IMG/VR virus record: IMGVR_UViG_2061766007_002383
Length of the DNA: 64,000 bases
Origin: an uncultured virus (IMG/VR IMGVR_UViG_2061766007_002383)
Taxonomy: Duplodnaviria > Heunggongvirae > Uroviricota > Caudoviricetes
Strand: one strand, 5' to 3'
Below, one piece after another: positions 1-8,061 of this stretch (position 1 is the first letter of the stretch; each line of letters opens with the position of its first letter). The position numbers and the translations under genes were made by a program. The notes below the pieces were generated by a model. It worked only from the letters and a program-made list of their open reading frames with translations. It was not told the origin of the DNA and made no database searches.

Positions 1-1
1 C

Positions 2-190
2 ACAATTCCATTGTCCTTATCAGATGTAGCTTGGAGTGGGGATTACAATGATTTAAATAACATACCAGAAACCTTTAATCCATCGCAACATACTCACCAA
101 ATGGTCGATGTTACTGATTATGAAGATAATGTTAGCATGGATTTAAACGTCCTATTAGACTTTTTAGGCGATGAAATAAGCAAAGAGTGA
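2..190 (+). CDS. Partial (5'-truncated) tail fibre-like protein
   Basis: Open frame to TGA at 188-190. VAWSGDYNDLNNIPETFNPSQHTH matches VATSGSYADLNNIPATFTPSSHMH in the next gene. Confidence 0.7.
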   Translation, partial: TIPLSLSDVAWSGDYNDLNNIPETFNPSQHTHQMVDVTDYEDNVSMDLNVLLDFLGDEISKE

Positions 191-195
191 TAATT

Positions 196-1500
196 ATGGC
201 AATAGATAGTACAAAAATCGCAAAAGTAAAAAATGCGATGGATAATAGATATGAAAATAAACAGGCAAATAAAAAAACAGATATAAGCGGCGATTACAGT
301 GAAGACACTTCTTCATATCCAACTGCAGGTGCTGTACAGTCTTATGTTGAAGGCAAAGGTTATATTACAAGCCACCAAGACATTAGCGGTAAAGAAGACT
401 CTTCTAACAAAGTTACAACTTGGAGTTCAACCACCAATAATACAAGATATCCATCTGAAAAATTAGTAAAAGACTCATTAGATGGTAAAATAAGTACATC
501 CAACACCGCAGGTCTTGTTAAAAACGATGGTACAATTGATACAAACACTTATTTAACAGAGCACCAAAGTTTATCAAATTATATTCAAAAAGATAGTACA
601 AGTGGTCTTGTAAAAAATGACGGAACTATTGACACAACTACTTACTTAACTACTCACCAAGATATTAGTGGTAAAGCAAATAGTGCAGATTTAGCAACTG
701 TAGCTACATCAGGAAGTTATGCAGATTTAAACAACATTCCAGCAACCTTTACACCATCAAGCCACATGCATGGAAGTATCACCAACGATGGTAAAATCGG
801 AACTGAAGCAGGAAAGCCATTAATAACAACAACTGGTGGAGAAATCAGTAGGGGTGCATTCGGAACAAGTTCAGGCACATTTGCAGAAGGTGACCACACA
901 CATGCTCAATATTTAACAGCGCATCAATCATTATCTGATATCGGTGGTGTAGTAACAGTAGAAAAACAACAATCAGCAGAAACAGGATATGCACATACCT
1001 ACGTAGTTAAACAAAATGGTAGTCAAGTCGGTGCAAAAATCAATATCCCAAAAGACTTATTACTTAAAAGTGCAAGTAAAGAAGTTGTTGGAAGCACACC
1101 AACTACATTAGAGACTGAAAACAGTTTAACAACTGGCGATGTATATTTAAAATTCATTGTTAACACCGAAGATAATGATAATGCAACAACATTAATTATT
1201 CCTATCAACGATTTAGTAGAAGACACCACATATACTGCTGGTTCTGGTCTTACATTATCCAATAATGAATTTAGTATTGCAAATGGCGATATTAGTTTAT
1301 CAATGTTAGCAAGTGGAGTACAAACAAGTTTAGGATATGCAAATACATTTAATTCAAGCCCAGCATCAGGAATCACTTCCACACAAATCTCCAATTGGGA
1401 TACAATGGCAAGTGGTGGAATGACCGCTAATGATGTTGATGCAAGAATTAATCAAGCATTAGATGATTTAGCAGAGTTAATTTATCCAACATCAAATTAA
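196..1500 (+). CDS. Tail fibre protein with internal repeats
   Basis: Repeated Y(I/L)TxHQDISGK / YLTxHQSLS and GLVKNDGTIDT units, HxH motifs, Thr/Ser-rich. Start at ATG 196 or GTG 187. Confidence 0.7.
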   Translation: MAIDSTKIAKVKNAMDNRYENKQANKKTDISGDYSEDTSSYPTAGAVQSYVEGKGYITSHQDISGKEDSSNKVTTWSSTTNNTRYPSEKLVKDSLDGKISTSNTAGLVKNDGTIDTNTYLTEHQSLSNYIQKDSTSGLVKNDGTIDTTTYLTTHQDISGKANSADLATVATSGSYADLNNIPATFTPSSHMHGSITNDGKIGTEAGKPLITTTGGEISRGAFGTSSGTFAEGDHTHAQYLTAHQSLSDIGGVVTVEKQQSAETGYAHTYVVKQNGSQVGAKINIPKDLLLKSASKEVVGSTPTTLETENSLTTGDVYLKFIVNTEDNDNATTLIIPINDLVEDTTYTAGSGLTLSNNEFSIANGDISLSMLASGVQTSLGYANTFNSSPASGITSTQISNWDTMASGGMTANDVDARINQALDDLAELIYPTSN

Positions 1501-1516
1501 AAATGGAGGTATTTAA

Positions 1517-2464
1517 ATGACTTCTCAATATGAGGAGAAAATAAGTAAACTTAAAAACGCATTAGAAAATGTATTTTTAAAACAATCACAAGGTAGCAAT
1601 AACGCTAATAAAAATGTCACAACAGATAACACTGGACACATAATATTTGAAGATAAAACAGATTATAATTATGGATATGTTGACGAAAATATGCATTTAC
1701 AATTAAAACAAGCATCGTTAGTATTAACAACTACACAACCAATTACAACAAAAGGACAAAATTTTACTTTATCAGCAAATTTGATAGATGAAAACAATGA
1801 GGTTATAAAAAGCGACGAAAAAATTACTTTTATACAAATAAATGAAAATGCAAATAATATAACATTAGACACTATAAATGTGAATACTGGTACTGGTATA
1901 GCCACTTTTACTTCTTCATGCAATACAACTGGTACTATTAAATATATAGCAAAATGTGGTGATTTAGAAAGTAATTATATAGAAATTAATAGTGTATTAT
2001 TATATGATAAAGGTACATTGAATGATAATACTAATTGTTGGCAAACAAACAACATGACAATAACAAGACGAGAAAATGACACATTAATTACAGCACAAGA
2101 ACAAAATACTTTTATGTATATTGAAGGTTTCAGTAGTTTTTCAGAATGGAATACTGGAATAGTTATTGAAATGGATATTGTTGATATAGTTAATGGTGGG
2201 GGAGTAATGCTTTTTTTTAATTCTATAACAGCACCAACTTTTTTAAAAACGGTTTATCAACTTAATTGTGTAGGGAAAAAATTAAAAATAATAGCTCGAA
2301 TTGGTCAAAAAACAGAATATTGGGTTGACGATAACCTTGTTGGCTCTACAAGTTCAAAACTAAAATCAGTTCAAGATAAATTCTACTGCGAATCGGTAGG
2401 TGGTAATGGAACTGGTTTTATTTATAAAAATCTTATAATATATCCTTATATTTTTGAAGAATAG
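1517..2464 (+). CDS. Adhesin / receptor-binding-like protein (Ig-like domain plus beta-sandwich C-terminus)
   Basis: GGAGG RBS. Ig-like pattern (FTLSANLID..ITF..GIATFT..GTIKYIAK) followed by a beta-rich domain. Confidence 0.55.
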   Translation: MTSQYEEKISKLKNALENVFLKQSQGSNNANKNVTTDNTGHIIFEDKTDYNYGYVDENMHLQLKQASLVLTTTQPITTKGQNFTLSANLIDENNEVIKSDEKITFIQINENANNITLDTINVNTGTGIATFTSSCNTTGTIKYIAKCGDLESNYIEINSVLLYDKGTLNDNTNCWQTNNMTITRRENDTLITAQEQNTFMYIEGFSSFSEWNTGIVIEMDIVDIVNGGGVMLFFNSITAPTFLKTVYQLNCVGKKLKIIARIGQKTEYWVDDNLVGSTSSKLKSVQDKFYCESVGGNGTGFIYKNLIIYPYIFEE

Positions 2465-2494
2465 TATAATGAGCCTTTATAAAGAGATGGTAAT

Positions 2495-2809
2495 ATGTAT
2501 ATTAATTTAAATAAATTAAAAGATTTCTTTGTATGTAGAAACGACATTCAAGATAATTTAATATCAACAGATACAAATAAACCTTTAAGCGCTAACCAAG
2601 GAAAAGTAATTAAAGATACGATTGATAGTAAAGTAGATAAAACTGGTGGTGCATCTCAAATAACTGATAGTAATGCAAGTGAATATACTTATATATCCAG
2701 TAGTTTGACAAGTAGCAGTACACAAGCGAATATTAACTCTGCAATTAACACAAAATTAGATGACATTTCGGATACGATTGGTAACGCAATTACATACATA
2801 AATCAGTAG
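2495..2809 (+). CDS. Small tail fibre-associated protein
   Basis: DNLISTDTNKPLSANQGKVIKD motif, typical of tail fibre repeats. Confidence 0.6.
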   Translation: MYINLNKLKDFFVCRNDIQDNLISTDTNKPLSANQGKVIKDTIDSKVDKTGGASQITDSNASEYTYISSSLTSSSTQANINSAINTKLDDISDTIGNAITYINQ

Positions 2810-2817
2810 GTGATTAA

Positions 2818-4587
2818 TTGACTAATGATATAAATACTTTAAATGGGGCTTTACAAGAATTAGGAGAAACACTCGCAGATAATCTTGTCGCTATGGGAGT
2901 AACAGATGCAGAAGCGAGTGATGGGCTAACTACATTAGCAGGTAAAGTATTAGATATTACACCTGCTTTAACTGGTATTGAATTAAGTACTAACTTATCT
3001 TGTGACTCATCTATAGATATCATTGACATTGATGAAACTACAGATATTATTGGTGTTCTTACTGCAAGTTATGATGATACAAGTCAATCAAATGTAGATT
3101 TAACTGGTTTTTTACAGGGAGCAAACATTAAAATATATGAAGATGACACTCTTATTGACACAGTTACAACCAATAATAAAGGAGAATACACTTCTACTTA
3201 TTTGCCATCAAAAACTGGTAATGTTACAATTCATACCGCTTTTGAAGGAACAGAAGATTATGATTCATGTACAAGTAATAATAAGACTATTACTGTCGAT
3301 GAACTACTTAAATATGGATTTGATGGTACAACTCCATTTGTTGCATTTAGCGGAAGAAACACTACATATACAACCTTAAGTAACAATCAATTAACTCAAA
3401 TAAGTGGTAGCAAAGGTGGATGCCATAGTAAAACTACTATTTTTGAAACAGAAGCTGATTATACCATATCATTTAAAATCGTTGAATCAACACTTACCGT
3501 AAGTAATGGTATAAGAATAGGAATACATTCAGCAAATTATTCAGACCATCATGAAAGAGCATGTTTAGGTATAGGTTATACTGGAGATAGCACTTTAAAT
3601 AAAGTTACTTTTGATTATTCTGATACTACTGTAACAACAGTAACAAAAGATACAACAACCTTAACAAGTTTAAATGTTGGGGATGTTATAAAATTTGTTG
3701 TTATTGATGACACTTTTAGTGCTTATATCAATGACACTTTTTATACTTCTGCTACTTTAGACTGGTTACATGACCCCATATGGCTTTATGCTCAATCTTG
3801 GGGAACTGGAACTGCTAGTATGACTATAACAAACTTTAAAGTACAACAACATAAAGATAGTTTGACTTTAAGTGCTGATAAAGATGTTTTAAGTTATTCT
3901 GATAATGATACTGCAATATTAACTGCAACATATAAAGAAGAAGGTATCCGTACTGCTAATAAAAGCATAATATTCAAAAATGGTGATACAGTATTGGACA
4001 CAATAACCACAGACAATAATGGTGAAGCCGAGTACACTTATACTGCTACTGGTGATGGTGATGTAACAATTACTGCAAATTATAGTAATCTGAACAGTAA
4101 TATTCTCATTGAAGATTGTATATACTGGAATTCAAATGAAATCAGTTACACCAGTTCCAGTACAATTGTTGAAAATGCAATCATTAATAATCTATTTGAT
4201 ATTAATACTCAGAATTTCGTAATGGAATTTGATATTAAAGGATATGGTGGAGCAGGAGGATTAAATATAGGTGCAACAGCCCAATATAATCCACCATCAA
4301 ATGCTAATTATCGTATATTCATAGGATTAGATACTAATAAGTTTAGTTTAAATAATCGTACAACATCATCAAGCAATTCAACGGTAGGTTATTTCACAAA
4401 TAATACTTATTATCATATGAAACTTGTAAAAAGTGGAATTTCTTTTACTGGATATTATGGGGATAATGATACTTCCATTGCTACTAAAACCGCAAATTGG
4501 ATTAGTAATTATTCAAGTTGGTGTTTATATTGGATTAATTGGAATAATACAAATTATGTAAAAAACATTAAAATTAAAGTAACTTAA
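2818..4587 (+). CDS. Adhesin-like protein: two Ig-like domains, each followed by a lectin/ConA-like beta-sandwich
   Basis: Duplicated Ig-like motif (DTVTTNNKGEYT..GNVTIHTAF / DTITTDNNGEAEYTY..GDVTITANY). TTG start after GGTGA. Confidence 0.6.
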   Translation: MTNDINTLNGALQELGETLADNLVAMGVTDAEASDGLTTLAGKVLDITPALTGIELSTNLSCDSSIDIIDIDETTDIIGVLTASYDDTSQSNVDLTGFLQGANIKIYEDDTLIDTVTTNNKGEYTSTYLPSKTGNVTIHTAFEGTEDYDSCTSNNKTITVDELLKYGFDGTTPFVAFSGRNTTYTTLSNNQLTQISGSKGGCHSKTTIFETEADYTISFKIVESTLTVSNGIRIGIHSANYSDHHERACLGIGYTGDSTLNKVTFDYSDTTVTTVTKDTTTLTSLNVGDVIKFVVIDDTFSAYINDTFYTSATLDWLHDPIWLYAQSWGTGTASMTITNFKVQQHKDSLTLSADKDVLSYSDNDTAILTATYKEEGIRTANKSIIFKNGDTVLDTITTDNNGEAEYTYTATGDGDVTITANYSNLNSNILIEDCIYWNSNEISYTSSSTIVENAIINNLFDINTQNFVMEFDIKGYGGAGGLNIGATAQYNPPSNANYRIFIGLDTNKFSLNNRTTSSSNSTVGYFTNNTYYHMKLVKSGISFTGYYGDNDTSIATKTANWISNYSSWCLYWINWNNTNYVKNIKIKVT

Positions 4588-4606
4588 ATATAAGGAGAAA
4601 ATAAAA

Positions 4607-4807
4607 ATGTTAGAATTATTAGAAGCTTTCGGAATTGTAGGAATTATAGTATTACTAATTATAATTATTTTAATACCTTTCGTATTAACAATAATTGTAG
4701 GTGTAGGATTTGCAAACTTATTAGGATTCACAGGAATCTATTGGTGGGCATTCGTAATACTCTTCTACATCATAATAGGAGCTATACTCGGCGCTATAGG
4801 AGTATAA
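4607..4807 (+). CDS. Small membrane protein (holin candidate)
   Basis: 66 aa, almost entirely hydrophobic (2 TM), AGGAG RBS, upstream of the endolysin. Confidence 0.5.
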   Translation: MLELLEAFGIVGIIVLLIIIILIPFVLTIIVGVGFANLLGFTGIYWWAFVILFYIIIGAILGAIGV

Positions 4808-4857
4808 ATGAATACTTATTGGTTCATAATTTGTTTAGCAAGTATGTTAGTAATTAC

Positions 4858-4989
4858 TTACTTGCTTAATTCCATAAGTAAGTCATAGCACTTTTCCATA
4901 TCAGCAACGCTGATGAAACAATATTTCTCATTACTTTTTTTATCCAAGATACATTTTTGTATCGGTAATTTTTCAAAACGATTTTCCAT
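4858..4989 (-). CDS. 43-aa member of the 'xRF...CDLLNEL' small-protein family (not in ORF track)
   Basis: MENRFEKLPIQKCILDKKSNEKYCFISVADMEKCYDLLMELSK*. Has its own TTTAAGTA promoter about 29 nt upstream. Confidence 0.6.
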   Translation of the reverse strand: MENRFEKLPIQKCILDKKSNEKYCFISVADMEKCYDLLMELSK

Positions 4990-4997
4990 GTAATTAA

Positions 4998-5023
4998 TTA
5001 TGTAACTAATTACTTAAATACTT
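4998..5023 (-). promoter_or_regulatory. Conserved viral promoter/operator, copy 1 (AAGTATTTAAGTAATTAGTTACATAA)
   Basis: 24/26 identical to 57331-57356. TATA-like TTTAAGTA core. Confidence 0.6.
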
Positions 5024-5058
5024 TAGAGCTTACATATTTTTCCAAAGGTGATAAATTC

Positions 5059-5940
5059 ATGACAAAAAAAGAAACAATCGCTACGATTGCTAAAGAAGTG
5101 AAAACAAGCGTAGCAAAAGAATATAAGATACCTGCAAGTACAAAGGCTGGAATTGATTATACATACCCAGAATACGCATACGTGTTAGCAAAAGCGATTA
5201 TAACACCTGGGAAAGACGTCGAACACAAAAAAGGTATCGGTAAACCGCCAAGTCCAAAAGGAAGCACAATCTCAAGGACAATCAAGAAACAAGCATACAT
5301 TGAACTAGCCAAAAATTTAGTTAGTTATGTTAATAATAACGGAAGACTTCCAAATTATTTAACCTATAGTGGATATCAAATTGAACCTAAAGTATTTATT
5401 GATGCCTTTGCAAGAATCGTAGACTTCTATTTCACTAATAAAAGACTGCCAGATAGTGCAAACTTCAACAGTAAAGCATTCACAAAACCAACAAAAACAG
5501 CAAACACAAACACAAGCAAAGACGAAGTGTTCACTTACTTTGTTAAGAAATTCGGTAACGTGACAACTATTGATGGGGCATTAAAGAAAGTACAATCAAG
5601 GGGATATGGATATTATTACGACGATGTGTATTCTAATAAGACTGCAATTGACAGAATGTACTCCAAATCAGGAATCAACTGTACAGACTCATGTCAAGTA
5701 TTCTGGCACATTGCAAAAGCTTTAGGTTACGAAGTAAAATGTTTGCATGTACAATGCTCAACTGGCGGACATGTAAGGTTAAAATTAAGACATTCCAAGC
5801 ATACATCAGGCAATTGGATTAACAGAGACCCAGCATGCGTATTATCAGATAACGGAAAAGCATTAACCGCTATTTGGTGTGAGAATGCACCATTGAACGC
5901 AACCAACCCTAGTTGGTTCCTTGCCAATGTAAACAGATAA
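5059..5940 (+). CDS. pei: Pseudomurein endoisopeptidase (endolysin, PeiW/PeiP-like)
   Basis: N-terminal pseudomurein-binding repeats (YVNNNGRLPNY, FYFTNKRLPD). C-terminal Cys-His-Asp motifs GINCTDSCQ, GGHVRL and RDPA. Confidence 0.9.
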   Translation: MTKKETIATIAKEVKTSVAKEYKIPASTKAGIDYTYPEYAYVLAKAIITPGKDVEHKKGIGKPPSPKGSTISRTIKKQAYIELAKNLVSYVNNNGRLPNYLTYSGYQIEPKVFIDAFARIVDFYFTNKRLPDSANFNSKAFTKPTKTANTNTSKDEVFTYFVKKFGNVTTIDGALKKVQSRGYGYYYDDVYSNKTAIDRMYSKSGINCTDSCQVFWHIAKALGYEVKCLHVQCSTGGHVRLKLRHSKHTSGNWINRDPACVLSDNGKALTAIWCENAPLNATNPSWFLANVNR

Positions 5941-5969
5941 ATATTTAAGTACTTAAGAAATCAATTACT

Positions 5970-6185
5970 TAATTGCCTACATAGGCAATCACCTCCATTC
6001 CATAATAGGTCGGCGAAAGCCGACCAAAATCTTTATATNNNNNNNNNNGATGTATTAACTCTCTCTAACTCAAATACATCTTTTTTTTACTATATATCTG
6101 ATTCAATTTCGGATTGACATATCGTATAGAAACCTTCTCACACACCGATGGGGTACGAAAGTACCCCCAACAATCTTTTTTTAAT
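5970..6185 (+). ncRNA. Cluster of candidate small structured RNAs (hairpin - C-rich linker - GAAA hairpin - U tract)
   Basis: Hairpins ATTGCCT/AGGCAAT, GGTCGGC-GAAA-GCCGACC (6008-6025), GATGTATT/AATACATC and GGGGTAC-GAAA-GTACCCC (6150-6167). TTTAAGTA box at 5944. Confidence 0.5.
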
Positions 6186-6233
6186 ACTTTAGAAAAAAGA
6201 CCTTTATATAATTTATTTTAAACGAGGTCTTTT

Positions 6234-6977
6234 ATGGGAGTAACAAACACATTATCGAAATTGAAAGAATATTTTGAAGCATGGCACAATTCTAATTATG
6301 ATGCTTTACATATAAAAACAAAAAACAAAATTGATGAATTAGAAGCAACCATCAATAATTTAATTAACAATACTATTCCAAGTATCGGTAATCGTATCGG
6401 CATTGTCGAAAATCGATTGAACGAACTTGATGACCAAATTACACAAAATGCCCACAAACATGATGCTACCGACGTAAAATTTTCTGTTTCTAATAACGAA
6501 CTATGGCAAGGAATAAACTCACCAACAACTGTACAAAGTGCATTAGATAATTTATTAACATATACAAACGCTGGTCTTAATGATGTTATTAAAGTAGATG
6601 TTGATGCTGTTGATATTAGTACCTTTAATTCTAGTTTAACTTGGGATTCACACGCATATATACATTTTACAAAATTAGGTTCTTTTGGGTTCTGTGAGTT
6701 TTGGATAAGATTTACATCAAATATAGAAAAAAACACAGAAGTTAAAATTTGTACAATTCCACAAAAATATAGACCAGCATCAAATAAATACCAAGATACA
6801 TATAATTGGGGTAAAAGCATTACCGACCAAACAGATGATGGTGGAATTAGAGTTATTTTACGACCAGATGGAGAAATGCGTATTAGAAGTACAAGAAAAG
6901 GACCTGTAAATACTATTGGCACTATTATATATATAAACGATGATAATGTGTACGTACCAAGCACACCAGGTGGTTAA
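6234..6977 (+). CDS. Tail fibre-like protein
   Basis: Coiled coil, HKHDATDV motif, C-terminal 'ICTIPQKYRPA' tail-fibre tip motif. Confidence 0.65.
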   Translation: MGVTNTLSKLKEYFEAWHNSNYDALHIKTKNKIDELEATINNLINNTIPSIGNRIGIVENRLNELDDQITQNAHKHDATDVKFSVSNNELWQGINSPTTVQSALDNLLTYTNAGLNDVIKVDVDAVDISTFNSSLTWDSHAYIHFTKLGSFGFCEFWIRFTSNIEKNTEVKICTIPQKYRPASNKYQDTYNWGKSITDQTDDGGIRVILRPDGEMRIRSTRKGPVNTIGTIIYINDDNVYVPSTPGG

Positions 6978-6978
6978 A

Positions 6979-8061
6979 ATGGTTAAGATTTTTAATTTAC
7001 ACGATGAAGTACTTAAATTCGCTGCAAAGAAAAAACATACTTTTAAAGGCACTAATGTTGACGGAAATGATTATGGTATTGCTGATGACCAAAATTACGG
7101 TCACGTTAAAGTAGTTAATAGTGTTAACTCTGGTAGCAGTGATGTTGTAAGTGGTGATGCAATTTATAATCATGTTATCAATTCTGTTACTGATTCAATT
7201 AATACTCATGAAGATGTAACAGCTACTACAACCATATTAGGTCACGTTAAAGTTGACAGCACTATTAAAAATTCAACAAATCCAGTACAAAACAAAAAAA
7301 TTAAAGAAGCATTAGATAATAAAATTGACAAAGATGGAACAAAAGTTTTATCAACATATGATTTTAACGATGAATATAAAGATAAAATAGATGACCTTGT
7401 ATCTATTAATGTTCTACAAGAAGTATCAGATGATACAGACATTAACAATATTGATGATGTACTTGAAGAAGGAAGCTTTGTGTTTGATAAAACACCAACA
7501 GGTGCAAACGATAAAAAGGTTATATCATATGGTAATAGAACAAACATCTATTACACCAAAGGTATAATTGAAAATAAAAAAGTGAATAATCGTATTATAC
7601 AAAAAGTATACTCAACGAAGAACGTCAACAATGAATACTATTTAGATGGTTCAATTTATCAAAGAATCATCAATACAAACACAAATCCAGTATCATATGG
7701 ACAATGGCATTGTGTATACATCAATACAGTTAATCCTAATTTTATTTATTCAGCAGAAAGTCTTGGAACAGGTGTAGACTCTATTCAAGTGTTTGAGAAC
7801 ACAGCTGGATTTATTATTACATGGGAACAAGATAATCATACTGATTATAGTTATGAAATCCAAGAAGACTTATATAAATATGTGACTATATGTGATTTCA
7901 CTCCAAATCTACCTATTCAGGGAGAATATATATTTGGTAATTTAATCGGTAAAATTGATGTTAAAATCACATCTCAAAATATGCAAGTACGTTCTACATT
8001 AGCTAAAAATAATCATGTATATGACGTAAAAGCTTCTTACTTTGTTCCACGTGAATGTTAG
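6979..8061 (+). CDS. Tail fibre-like protein
   Basis: Repeated GHVKV, NPVQNKKIKEALD and KVLSTYDF tail-fibre motifs. Start probably MVKIF. Confidence 0.6.
   Translation: MVKIFNLHDEVLKFAAKKKHTFKGTNVDGNDYGIADDQNYGHVKVVNSVNSGSSDVVSGDAIYNHVINSVTDSINTHEDVTATTTILGHVKVDSTIKNSTNPVQNKKIKEALDNKIDKDGTKVLSTYDFNDEYKDKIDDLVSINVLQEVSDDTDINNIDDVLEEGSFVFDKTPTGANDKKVISYGNRTNIYYTKGIIENKKVNNRIIQKVYSTKNVNNEYYLDGSIYQRIINTNTNPVSYGQWHCVYINTVNPNFIYSAESLGTGVDSIQVFENTAGFIITWEQDNHTDYSYEIQEDLYKYVTICDFTPNLPIQGEYIFGNLIGKIDVKITSQNMQVRSTLAKNNHVYDVKASYFVPREC

Noticed and set aside
1517..4587. Diversity-generating retroelement targeting adhesins
   Set aside because: No reverse transcriptase and no TR/VR adenine-variant repeat pair seen in the window.
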